Of a stretch of 48,655 nt of DNA, positions 24,154 through 36,559 are shown in pieces. Under the pieces are notes generated by a model. The model was not told the origin of the DNA, made no database searches, and saw only the letters and a program-made list of their open reading frames with translations. How positions within the stretch are numbered: the stretch's first letter is position 1; every line of letters begins with the position of its first letter. The position numbers and the translations under genes are program-made. Location: NCBI GenBank assembly GCA_018398765.1, contig JAHBMJ010000439.1:1-48655 (forward strand), given 5' to 3'. Source of the DNA: Chromera velia (taxonomy: Eukaryota).

Positions 24154-25286
24154 TCTCGATCGCCTGTATGGCTACTATGGCTTCAGCGAATTTTGTGGTT
24201 AAGTTGGTGAAGTAATCAAAAACCAGGCATAGAAAACATTCAGATGTCCACACCAGAATTCAGCGGTTCTCAAAACGTACAGAATTATCAAGAAAAACCT
24301 CTGTTGTGCGTCAGACCTCTTGATCGTGCGGAGTGTTTGCAATCCAGGGGCTGCTCAGATCGACGGGATTTACGATATAATGACTGAGTCGCATATATAC
24401 TGTTGTTTGGTAAGTTAGCCGGTGCCACCGCCTGGCCGATGTGGCCCGTAGACATGCCGTGGCCACCAGGGGGCAGGACGCCCCACGGTGCGTGCGAAGT
24501 CCCTAAAAAAAGCGAAGTGTCATGCTCTCTCTGACAGAATTGTTTGTAAGTGCCCCCTCAGATTTTTCCCGGGGCGTTACGTGAGTTCCTGTGATGGTGC
24601 AAACGTCCGGGCCGGTTCGGGGCCCGCGGACCGCTGGGGCCGCGGCCGGCGGGGACGCCCGCGCCGTGCATGGCAAAAAAAAGAAAATGTTCCTGGAACA
24701 AAGCGCGCAATCGAGCGAAATCGATCAACGTACGTATACGTAAAAATTCATGCATGCATGTAAATCAGAAAGCGTGTCCTGCATGGTTTCCACCCACGTA
24801 AGGTCGACACTGAACAGCACAATTCGTCCACAAAGTCTTTCATTCCCTTTGCAAGTCTCTGTTTCGTCTATGAGAGAAGGACCTGCAAGACAAAACCGGC
24901 GGATTTGATGCAGACAACCCTGTTGATCTCAACTGTTGCTGGCTCGATCAAAATTCGTTCAGTAAGTGCATGGATGGATTGATCGGTTGATCGACTGACC
25001 AGCCAGCTGAGTCGGTCCATTCGTTTGGTCGCATTTCTCCATCGACGAAGATCACATATTATATATATAGATAGACGAAGGTACAACCGTCGGCGACTTC
25101 CCCAGGCCTGAAACGGAAAATACACCAACAAGGACCCTCCTAAAAAACCTCTGTCGATTGAGTTTTCCAACTGGGTATACTAACTGACAAAGATATTACC
25201 CTTCACACCGGACACAACCCTTCACAGCTGAGAAGGCATTGATCAATCAAGGTGGTGGAGCAGAACGGAACAGACGATCGAGAAGA
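24154..25286. promoter_or_regulatory. Divergent intergenic/promoter region with GC-rich core and TGCATGCA
   Basis: Head-to-head gene starts; CpG-rich 24420-24730; CATGCATGCATG at ~24749. TGCATGCA is a known ApiAP2-bound motif in apicomplexans, but GCATGC is common throughout this window. Confidence 0.4.
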
Positions 25287-26948
25287 ATGACGACGACTCT
25301 CAAGGCCACAGGGTACACGACCCAATTCGTGTCCATGATTGAACAGAATCTGGAACAGTACGGGGTCAGCCGGCGCATGTGCGGGGAGTTTCAAAGCAGG
25401 AGCGTGGATGGGCTCTTGGCATGGAAGAGAGAGAAGCGCATACAAATCCTCAGATAAAAAGGCAGCCGGGAAAGCTGACATGACGGCAGTCAGGAGGATC
25501 TTCAGACTCAAACAGAGAGACAGCTAGGCTCGGTAGGAAGGCAGAAAGGCCGGCAGAGAGGCAGGCAGGCAGCCAGGCAGGCAGGCAGGCAGGCGGGCAG
25601 GCAGGCAGGCCCTCCTCATACAGAGGTAAACAGAAAGATGGCTAGAGAAAAAGATCCCACACTCGCTGAGTGGTCAACCATGTGAGCAAAAGGTATTTAA
25701 AGGACCCGCGAATACTTATTCCTGTAAGAAGGTTTTTTTTTTTTAATTGAATGAATCTTCGTGCAGCAACAAGACAGCACACAAGTGGTTGTCGACGATG
25801 TCCGGAAGATTCTGGGAGAGATGAGGAGGCAGTACGATGAGGTGCACAGGAGCTGCCAGGCTCTGGAGGAAAAGTTCCACACACTGAAGGAATCCATCCG
25901 ACAGGCAGACAACTCACACTCCATGAGACTTTCCGAACTGGACCGAGTCGAGGAGGTAGGGGGTTGGGGGCGTTGGGTGCATGGGCGTGTGGGTAGTAAT
26001 GTCGGGGTGTGTTGGGTGTGGGTCTCTTAGTATGGTAGATGCTTTGAATTCGGCTCAAAGGACATCACACCTTCCTCCACAAAGGTTTGCAGACACAGAG
26101 ACTTCCACTACCTCCCTTAGACCGTTATGCGCCTCGAATCTCTATTTCCTTCGCGTGGTAAACAGGCAGACAGATAGGCAGATTGGCTGGCAGACAGACA
26201 AACAGAGAGAGAGGAAAACGAGTCAGGACGGCCTTTCACCTTGCGGCTCTCCTTGCCGTACGATCTCGGTTCAAAGTTCTTTCAATAATAGGTACAAAGG
26301 AGCAAGAGCACACAATACCATGAATTGATGGAGTGAGTGCAGCAAAAGCAACTGCTCGCGAACGACCTGAAAGACGCCTTGGAGAAAATCGAGGAAGCCC
26401 GCATGAACGGGAAGGTCTACAGACACATGCTCGAGAGAATCAAGGTCAGTCAGTCAGTCAGTCGGTCGGTGTGCCGGTCTTCCCATTTGGTGGTCAAAGC
26501 GTAATTACATTCTCCTGCCTGGTTGAGGGACGGATGGATGAATGGAGAGGTCGTCCTGCCTGCGGGCACATACCCCGGCCTCTCTTGGGGTGAGAAAAGA
26601 GACGAACGAACGACAGTGGATGCACCTAGATCGGTCCTCGTGCTGATTATTAAGTTTTTTCGTACCTGACCGCCCGTCTACATGTTTATATGTTTCCGTG
26701 TATACGTGTGTGTGTATGCATCTATGTGTGTTTGCTTCCTATTCGTCATTTTATGTTCACTGTCCATTCCAACGTCTGCACATCTGAGGCATTTCATGCT
26801 CATTTCTGTACGTCCGTTTGTCCGTCTGCAGAAGGAGCAGGACACGCTGAGGCAGACGATCATCAGAATGGAGACGCGGTTGTCCAGACGGAAGGCGGAA
26901 GTGAGGGACAAGATCAGATCCCTGCAGTCAGTCAGTCAGTCAGTCAAT

Positions 26949-26979
<31 letters not shown>

Positions 26980-27242
26980 TCAGTGAGTTAGTCAGTCAAT
27001 CGGTTAGTGAGTCAGTCATTCAGTACAGCCACCAGATTCACTTTCTAAGTGACTGGCATACAGATTCACTTTCTAAGTGACTGGCATACTTACGCGATTT
27101 TGCTTCGCGCGCTTGTCCTTTCTACACGAAAAATTGGATACAGAGGGAGGGCGGCGTCTCTCGACAAAGATAGGAGAGCAGGTGTAGAGAAGGATAGGGG
27201 TTCTAAAAAAAGGTATACAAAGTCAGACGACATTAGTTCTGC

Positions 27243-27291
<49 letters not shown>

Positions 27292-27298
27292 CGTGCGT

Positions 27299-27351
<53 letters not shown>

Positions 27352-29386
27352 TGTGTATCTGTGTGTGTGCGTGTGTGTGTGTGTGCAGAAAGCAAATTCA
27401 GGCAAAAGCACGGGCCGTCGATAATTTGGAGCAGCTGGAAGGCGTGAGTCTTCTTTTGTCTTCTCTGCCACGATCGCCTAGTGCATTCTATGGTTGCTCT
27501 TGCTCCATTAGTTGACCTTCCTCCCCGATGTCCTCCATTTTGGGCACTTTCCTTTTTCGTATTTCCTTCTGGTTTTCAGTGAGAGAACTGATCTCAGACC
27601 TATCTTGTCTTGCCGATCCATTCTGTTTTTGTTTGGACGGATCAAATGCGCGCCTTTCTTCATCGACAGTTGCCTTCGGCAACCATACCTACAACTCCGT
27701 TCAGCGCAGTTTCGCTCTGACGGCTCCCCAACTGAAATGAACGGAGGGCAAGCTTGTCTGTCGTGACTCCCTTGGGTGCATTCGAGAGTTTTTTCTTCGA
27801 CACTGAATGAGCGCTTGCAGGAAATCCATACAGAGCGTGAGATGAGGGAAACTTCGATCTTCACTGAATGAGTGCTTGCAGGAAATCCATACAGAGCGTG
27901 AGATGAGGGAAACTTCGATCTACACTGAATGAGCGCTTGCAGGAAATCCATACAGAGCGTGAGATGAGGGAAACTTCGATCTTCACTGAATGAGTGCTTG
28001 CAGGAAATCCATACAGAGCGTGAGATGAGGGAAACTTCGATCTACACTGAATGAGCGCTTGCAGGAAATCCATACAGAGCGTGAGATGAGGGAAACTTCG
28101 ATCTTCACTGAATGAGTGCTTGCAGGAAATCCATACAGAGCGTGAGATGAGGGAAACTTCGATCTTCACTGAATGAGTGCTTGCAGGAAATCCATACAGA
28201 GCGTGACATGAGGGAAACTTCGATCTTCACTATGAGGGACATCCTTCAAGGGAAGAAAGACTCGATCAGAAGAAGGTCAGTCAGCTGCATGCATCACGGC
28301 AAAGATGTACACTCGCAGTCAAAAAAATCAAAACGGATATCATTGCGTGTGTTCTAGAAGACACGAGGGATCCCATCAGAAGGACGGCGATCAAAATTGA
28401 ATGGGGGGGGGGAGAGAAATTTGAGCCGCGGTGACGTTTTTTGCTTATATGTGCTTCCGGTCCAACAATGTGCGTGCAATCCAAAGTGCAAATGTCATCT
28501 TGCGCCATGGTAGACAATAAAGTTCACCAGGTTTCATTGAGAAAAGAAGGTGAAAGAAAGTGTTTGAGGAGCTTTGCAGAAGGGACTCGGGGGTCCTCCG
28601 TCTCTCTCGCTCTAGCCATACGCCGCGCTACTGTCGGCTCTGTTTCCGAAATTCTGGCTGTGAATTCCTTTCTTACCTTCTTCTAAGGGTCACAAAATCC
28701 GTCGTCAAAGAAGGCGAAAAACTGCAAATAGCACCGTGAAAAAGAACCAACCCGATGAATGAGTGCAGACAAGAGTTCGAGAAATGGAGACGGGAAGTTG
28801 CCCTCGACGCGGCGACTGAAGCCTTCAACGCCTCTGCGGGGAAGCTGAGGAAGATGCTGGCGTTCGAGAAGATCACGGGGTCGACACTGCAACAAATCAT
28901 ATACGAACAGGTTCGCTAACTGTTCTTGCATTATGCGTTTTTCAAGATGTCGTCTTTTAGTCAGGTGTTTTTCAAAATGAGGTTGACGCTTCAGCACATC
29001 ATCATCTACGGACAGAAGTGTACAGCCCGTTCTAAAAGGACAGTCGGCCGGTAATTTTGGTGCCAGTGGGCGGGTTTGCAGGCAAGGACATAAAATGGAT
29101 GCGGATTGCAATGGCATCGGCCAGAAGGAAAGAGGCCAGAAAAAAGAAAGGAAGGAAGGAAGGAAGAAAGGAAGAAACGAAGAAAGGAAGAAAGGAAGGA
29201 AAGAATGAAGGAAGCAAGGAAGGAAGGAAGGAAGGAAGGAAGGAAAGAGAGAAAGAGAGAAAGAGAGAAAGAGAAAAAGAGAGAGAGAGAGAAAGAAAGA
29301 AAGAAAGAAAGAAAGAAAGGAAGGAAGGAAGGAAGGAAGGAAAGAGAGAAAGAGAGAAAGAGAGAAAGAGAAAAAGAGAGAGAGAG

Positions 29387-29428
<42 letters not shown>

Positions 29429-31182
29429 GAAGGAAGGAAGGAAGGAAGAAAGAAAGGAAGGAAGAAACGAAGAAAGGAAGGAAGGAAGGAAGGAAGGAAG
29501 GAAGGAGGGAGGGAAGAAAGGAAGGAAGGAAGGAAGGAGGGAAGGAGGGAAGGAAGGAAGGAAGGAAGGAAGGAAGGGAGGCAGGAAGGAAGGAAGGAAG
29601 GAAGGAAGGAGGGAAGGAAGGAGGGAAGGAAGGAGGAAAGGAAGGAAGGAAGGAAGGAAGGAAGGAAGGGAGGAAGGAAGGAAGGAAGGAAGGAAGGAAA
29701 AAAGAAAGGAAGGAAGAAAGGAAAGAAGGAAAGGTTCTTCCATTAGTTGCTGACTGCTCCCTATACCTCTGAATTCGCCTCCATGTCTGCAGGTCGAAAG
29801 AAGCCAGGCAACAGAGGACGCATTCCAAAAAATCAGAGAAGTCACAGGGCTTACGGATGTCATGGATATCGTCAGCAAATTCCTCAACAGGTTGGCTATC
29901 CCCCCCCCTTTTCTTTTGCTTCAACCCATTGGTTCGCCAGTGGCTGGCCACCTCCCTGGTTACCTCCGTCTTTGTCCCTTGCATGGTGCAACTCATTTAT
30001 TGCATTTGTTCTCTTACTCAAGCTGTGTTTTTCTTTTCTGACACGCACGCGTTTGTTCCGCTCCTCCTTTCTCCGTGTTTTTTATGCGCGTCACTCGAGT
30101 AGTTAGATTTCTGCAGCCTCCCCTTGTTTGATCTATTGATTCCCGGTCTCCCCCTCCCTTCCTCTCTATCCATCTGTCCATCTTTCTGTCCCTCCCCCAG
30201 AAACGTGGAGCTCGAGCAGCTGCACATGAGCGTGAAGGAGGCGGAGGCTCGTCTAGAGGCCAGGAAGGACGAGTACAGGCGGACGAAGGAGGAGACTGAC
30301 GGCCTCTCCCTGGCCACCGAGGGCACAAAGACCAGAAGACTCTATGCAGAAGTCGAAGAGTGCGACGCAGAACTCAAGAAAACACTCAAAAACCACTCTC
30401 TTGCGTCAGTTTCACTCAACTCAGATCATCTGAAATAAATTATGCTTGCCTAGTCTTCCCTGGGTGACTCTCGCCTTCTGTTCCTTCCTTCCACCTCTCT
30501 GACTTTGGGGGACACTCGAGGTACCTGTAAGGGAAGGACAAGCTTCTATGTCGTGTAATGTCTTGGTCTCTGAGTCTATGCACATCAATGACAACGCATG
30601 TACGGAGACTTATGTGTGTATATGTGGACATGCAGGAGGGACAAGCTTCAGGTCTCCACCCTGCAGCTTGATGCGACCAAAAGATGGGCCCAAAATCTCA
30701 ACAGGTCCGTGTATTGAACAATTGGCGTTGCTACCGCTTCATCTGCCTATCGATCGACCTATTTTCTTTGAATTTTTTCTCAACAACCCTGTATACTCCT
30801 CTCTTTCTTTGCACTGACAGTCAGATCGTGGTTGAGCCCTCCATGCTCAGTCTCGATCCATCGACGTATCTTTCTTCTCGTATGTCTTTCCTCCTTTCGT
30901 TGTACTCCGACACTGCTTGTCGTATTGTCCTCATGGTCGACAATGTGTTGACCAGTCAATCAGTCAATCGCTCGCCCTTCCTTTCTTCCTGCCTGCCTTC
31001 CTTGTCCCCCCCCCCTCACTCAGGTTCCTGGTCCTCGGGGGGTTCGAGACTGAAGTCAACTTCGAGTCGCCTGACCCCAACACTCTCGTCCGGTATCTCC
31101 AGGTCGGTCTGTCCGTCCTTGTGTGTGTGTGTGTGTGTGTGTGTGTGTANNNNNNNNNNNNNNNNNNNNNNNNNNNNNNNNG

Positions 31183-31223
<41 letters not shown>

Positions 31224-31238
31224 TGGTGTGTGCGTTGG

Positions 31239-31280
<42 letters not shown>

Positions 31281-32079
31281 CGTGTGTGTGAGTGCGTGTG
31301 TGAGAAAGAGAGAGAGAGGGAGTGATGGAGGCGGGGGGGACCACGTGTGTGCGCTCGTGCGTGCGAATCTGCCATGTGCATGAGCTCTTGTGATGCGTGC
31401 GTCGCTGATTGTGTAAGTAGATAGGCAGTGAATGAGTGAGTGAGTGTGCGAGCGAGTGAGTGAGAGAGAAAGTGAAGGCACCACTGAATCTATGGAAAAA
31501 TGAATGAAAACGGGAACGAACAACTGAATGCAGTCACGCTCGAAGTTGACCGAGAGCACGCTCTTGGAGGATGCGGCGTTCATGAAGCGCAACGTTCGCG
31601 TGAAGGCAGACAGGCAGATGGGGTCTGCTCAGGGCCCTGCTGGAGGGTCGGGGTCCGGGGGTGGGAAGGGGGCGGCTGGTGGGGCGGCAGGGGGGGAACT
31701 GGACGAGGAGTCCGGATTTACGGAGGACAGGGGGCAGAGGAAGATGCAGTCAGCAATGAAGGTCAGTCAGTCAGTCTAGCTGCAGTGATGATCCACTCCA
31801 TCTAGTTGTTTGCCTGTCTTTCTCTCTGCCAGTTTTTCGTTTCTGCCATTGTCTGTGGTGTACGCAAATCGAAGAAGAAAAGGCAAAAGGAAGAGATCGC
31901 TGCCTGACTTGACTGTCTGCCTGCACGCCTTGTTATTTTTTCTTCCATGCACTTTGTTTGTCGCCTGGTCATCGCAGTTCGTGAGTGATTGCTCTGGTCG
32001 TGTGCACGAGCACCCCCAGTCCCACCCATCCCATACACGCACACGTGCATGTGTTCCTTCCTCCTTGTGCACCTGTGGC

Positions 32080-32119
<40 letters not shown>

Positions 32120-32159
32120 TTGCAGCCAGGATGTTCCTGGGGAAAAAGGAAGAAATTCG

Positions 32160-32212
<53 letters not shown>

Positions 32213-32512
32213 ATGTGTGTGGTATGTGTTGTATGCACAGCAGAGCTGCCCAAATGAAATTAACGATACGTCCAGGACAAGAAGAAAAACATGGAAAGCT
32301 CTCTGTCTAACAGATCAGAGAAGAATACAGAAAGAAGAGCAACAGAACGCCTGTACCTTCCCAGTGTTTCTTGAGTGTTCCCCACACCTTGCAAACTAAT
32401 TCTTAATTGTTTGATGGTGCCGCCACTGATGTTTTTGCTGCTCGTGTTGCTGCAGATAAGCGAAGCGACCCGCAAGGGCAAAGACAAAAAGGGAGCGCGC
32501 ACCCATCGGTGA
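25287..32512 (+). CDS. Outer dynein arm docking complex-like coiled-coil protein (ODAD1/ODAD3, DC1/DC2 family); exons approx. 25287-25364, 25767-25955, 26343-26444, 26832-26926, 27389-27443, 28187-28275, 28769-28910, 29793-29890, 30201-30404, 30636-30704, 31024-31102, 31534-31761, 32456-32512
   Basis: Phase-consistent GT-AG exon chain. [49 protein letters not shown] and a late RNVRV resemble ODA-DC subunit motifs. First and last exons are less certain, and an exon could be hidden at the 31150 gap. Confidence 0.75.
27801..28231 (+). repeat. 61-bp tandem repeat, 7 copies, spanning an intron-exon junction
   Basis: GAAATCC after TTGCAG at 27821, 27882, 27943, 28004, 28065, 28126 and 28187; the last copy is the coding exon start. 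Confidence 0.95.
29140..29735. repeat. Intronic purine-only (GGAA)n/(GAAA)n/(GA)n tract, ~600 bp
   Basis: Directly visible; lies between exons 28769-28910 and 29793-29890. Confidence 0.95.
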
Positions 32513-33670
32513 AGAGGCGTGGGCGTGCGTCCACCACCGACGGGGGACGGAAAAGGGACCACCAGAGGGGCAGATCGTCCTTCCCTTCGCTCCTTTCTTC
32601 TTTCCTTCCCATTGCGCGACTGAATGAACCATCACTGTTGTATATCACCTCTCTCTCAACGTTCAATCAACGACAGAAAGGGCCGGCTTGTAGATGGATT
32701 GACATTTGGCCTCTGGTTAGCACACTGGGCATGAAGGAGCTTTGGGTGTGTGCTCTTTCATGGGCTTCACCGGAGCAAAGAGGAATTGGGGATTTTCTCC
32801 ATTCATAAGCACATCACTGCATACACAATGTGAACTCAGAGTTTATTCCGGATCTTCTGGTAGCGTGCTGTGAGAGTACGTGCACTTTTGCATTTACACG
32901 GGCAACTCTAGGCGTATACGGCCTATATGTTTAACGTAGCTGTATGTATTCGAATCAGGATGCTTTCATGCAGTTTTGGTTTCATTAAGTTGGGTACCAT
33001 GTATATATCTTGGTTCGACGTTTCCATACTAACTGTTTTTTTTTTAATGTAATTCTATTTGTTTGTACTTATTTGAGACTGTTAAAATTAAAAATGAAGA
33101 AAATTTTGATGAAAACTTTTTTAAAAATAATAGAGGAACTTTTTGATGAAGATACCAGACTATATTTAAAAGTGGGCTAGATACTAAACTAAAAACTAGT
33201 TCAAACCATTAATTCAGTTAAATATCCTGACTTTAAAAAAATAAATTGATTGTAGAGCCAAATTCTTTTCTTAAGAGCAGTGTTGGCTGTAGTTGGCTAG
33301 CAAATTGGCGCAAGTGTTTATAAATTTGGTTCGACCGTTCAACTTTGACGTAGTTTATCATCATCTAGATCATCATCATCATCAGTTCAACGTCATTTGT
33401 CTCTTTTTTTGTTATTATGATTTTAAATGCATTAATTTGGTTCAGTCTAGTGTTCTGTTAAACTTTTATGTCACTTTAACTTCCTATCATTAGCAGTATG
33501 AATCCTATCATTTATTTATACTCATTGCAATATCAAAAATCAAACGAATTATCATCCTAAACTAATTGAAAAAAGATGAAGTTACAAGGATACAATTAGG
33601 GAAAAAATGTATAAAGAAAAATAATAATTTCAAAATATATTGTAATAGAAAGACATTGCGCGCAGGGCAC

Positions 33671-33740
33671 GTCTGTATGGCTAAGTGGTTAGCATGCAGA
33701 ACTAATATGATGGAAGTCCTTGGTTCAAACCCAAGCAATA
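33671..33740 (+). pseudogene. tRNA-derived sequence (tRNA pseudogene or SINE-like head with Pol III A and B boxes)
   Basis: A box TGGCTAAGTGG (33678); T-arm CTTGG-TTCAAAC-CCAAG containing B box GGTTCAAACC at tRNA-like spacing. Acceptor and anticodon stems do not pair. Confidence 0.6.
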
Positions 33741-34945
33741 ATATTTTTTACGTTTCGATCGATTGATACGTATAAAGCTGTATCAGTGTATTTTCATCTT
33801 GTAAAGCCCATCCGTTAGCTACAAACTAACACCAGAAAGATATGCATATGCGTTAGCCATAGATACACGTGAGAGGCGTTAGCCATAGGCTTACATGGGA
33901 AAAGAATCGAATTCGCGTTAGCCGTAGGCTAACGTAATATGAAAACACAGATCTGAAAGGTAATTCATGAATTTTGTGGTACTACAATCGATTAGAATTC
34001 CATGCAGAATTCTATCTAACTCAGATAGCAACTTGACTTGAGCCTTGAGCATCCTTCCAGACTTGAACTCAACTTCGAATACTTTAGAGCCAGTACTGAA
34101 CCTTCAAACCTTGATCCAGTATACCGATACAGGCGTACCGATACACTAGAGCTAGTAGTGAACGATCATTGACTCGTTAACTGCATACCGATACGGTATC
34201 GGACCTCTGCATACCGATAAAGAACCTGACTTTTACATATTGATCTAGAACCTTATACTGAGACTGCTCTGTGTCTCTCTTAGTCTCTAGGCGCCTTCTG
34301 TAGATTCTGTCTCCTTCTGGCCAATCGCATCGGAGGAGCACAGAACACTAGAAGTTTAGTTTCAAGACTTAGGCTCTCCATCTACTCCCAATGGCCGTCA
34401 GTGTCCCTCGGTGCCTGCGCCGCAGCAATAGCACATACTGATGATGGATTCACGTTGATTCACGTGGTACATGCATACTTAACGGGAGCTAGGGCGTATC
34501 GCGCTCCGGGGCCCCAACCCCTCCAACCCCCAAAGGGATACAAGCGCGTAAAGCATGCATACGTATAACGCGTACAAAGAATTTTTTTTTTTTTAAGCCG
34601 GTTTTTACGATACAGATGCCGGCATCTGTATTTGAAAATTATGCGTGCAAGCGCGCAGCGATCGATCGACAAATTGCCGATCGACGAATATATACGCATG
34701 CTATATGAAGCTGATCTATACATGACCTCATCTGCTGTCAAGAGAAAAGACTGCACAGGCAAGACACGCAGCAGGACTGAAAAGGATTGATCAAAGGGAA
34801 CACAAGACACACAGACTGAACAGTTAGACCGCAGCACCAGTTGACCAGCCTTCCAGTCACCGACGGCCCGATCATCTTCCGAGCAGGACAGCTCAATCAC
34901 CACATCCATCCATCGACGGACCGGCAAACCAGGCCTTGCAGCAAG

Positions 34946-36559
34946 ATGGCGACTCCCATGTACACTTCCGCACTCCCTGCTGCCCCCATGGTCAGTCATG
35001 GGTTACGTGGCTGGCTGTCAGCCTTTCCAAACGAAAGCCCGCACGAGGGACTCAGCATCTTCACACAAGTGCACGCACACGTCGACGTGGTGCATGCATG
35101 CAAGTGTACACGTGCAAGGATGCCGGCCTCTTTTCGCAAGAAGCCTTCGGACCCCCTTGCTTCCTGGACGTTCAAACTTCCGTTCCCTCACCCCTCTTCA
35201 CGCTCCATGCCTTCCTGCATCGCTTTCAGTTCCCTGAAGAAGTCGTGACCCAAAAGGACAAACGCATGCATGATTCTTACCTGTATGCGTCCTTCTTGAC
35301 CGTGTTCTTAATTGCCTGTGTGTGAGAGAATGACTGCAGGGCGCGATCCCCCCACACACCATCCAACCCATGGTGATGGCTCCCCCTCCTGCCATGCAAC
35401 CGATGGTCCAGCCCGCAGTGATCAACACCGGCTCTCCTGTGCCTCCTCTGGTCACCTCCACCACTCCCGCAGCATCACCTGGTCAGTTCACAGCCAGAAC
35501 ATTCACCCATCTCCCTCCCCCTCTCTCTCTATTTCTGTATATATACACACACATGCTTGTGAAAGAAGATTCATCGCCCGACTGGAGCTCCGCAGCAAAC
35601 TTGCCTTGCACTACTCAATCGTATTGGATGGATAGTCCGTCTGTTTCTGTACCAGGTACATGCCAGCGCGCCTCTCTGCCCGTCTAGCTGTCTGTCTGCT
35701 AGCCAGCCAACCTGTCTGCCCGCCTGCCTACTTGTCTGTATGCCTGTCTGCCTCCCTGCCTACCTCTCTAGCTGCCTGCCACTTTTCTGCATGCAGGCCT
35801 GCCTGCCTGTTTTTCGGTCTGCCTGTCCGTTTGTTTGCCTACGTGCATATCTCTCTGTTTGCTGGTCTGCCGGAGCGCCTGTTTGTTTGTCTTTCCCTCT
35901 TGTCATTGCGCCTCTAAACGAGACAACCTTTCCTGCTGTTTGCTCCTCTCCCGCCCTTTTTCTCTCCCTGAAGAGCCTGTCTCTTTCCAAATGTGTGTGT
36001 GGCTTCCCGTTCGTCCAGTCAGAAAGTGACACTCTTTCAATGACCCCCGTGCCCATACCAAGACGATGAACGAATTCTAATGAATTGTGTACAGATGTGT
36101 AGACCAACATGTGCAATACTTCTCCATATGCGAGTGTGCGTTTACCGAGACAGCCATATGTGCACTTGTGTGTCCAGAGTCAAGTTTAGTAGATATCTCA
36201 TTTGCTTTCCTTTTCTCTCTGCAGCACCCCCCGTTTTGGCCGCCACCACAACCCGCGCCCCCCTTCCTTTCAGCGCCCCCCCCGCGGTTCTCAGAACGAA
36301 CCTGATGGGAAGCCTTCCCCCCCCTCCCCCTCTCTACAACACAGCCCCCCCCCGCCTCGGCCTCGCACCGATCACGCACGAACTGGCATCGATCGAGTGG
36401 GACGAAACAAAGTCAAACGCAACCAAGATTCCAGGAGCACAGGTCGTCGGACGCCGCTTCATCCCTGCTGAGGACAGACCCAACGTTGCGTACGGACCCC
36501 AGCCCGGCGGTGTGTGGTACCTGTCCAACGCTCAATGCAGAGAGTTGGGTCTTCACTAA
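34946..36559 (+). CDS. 173-aa Pro-rich protein with PhIL1-like C-terminal domain (alveolate pellicle/IMC-associated candidate); exons 34946-34990, 35340-35481, 36225-36559
   Basis: Phase-consistent GTCAGT...CTGCAG introns. C-terminal NATKIPGAQVVGRRFIPAEDRPNVAYGPQPGGVWYLSNAQC recalls apicomplexan PhIL1 from memory. The gene model is firmer than the family call. Confidence 0.6.

Noticed and set aside
24463..24475. CCACCAGGGGGCA resembling a CTCF site
   Set aside because: CTCF is a bilaterian factor; likely a chance match in GC-rich DNA.
27801..28231. 61-bp repeat as a CRISPR array
   Set aside because: No unique spacers, no cas genes, and it lies in a spliced eukaryotic gene.
33671..33745. Functional tRNA gene
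   Set aside because: Acceptor and anticodon stems do not pair; only the boxes and T-arm remain.
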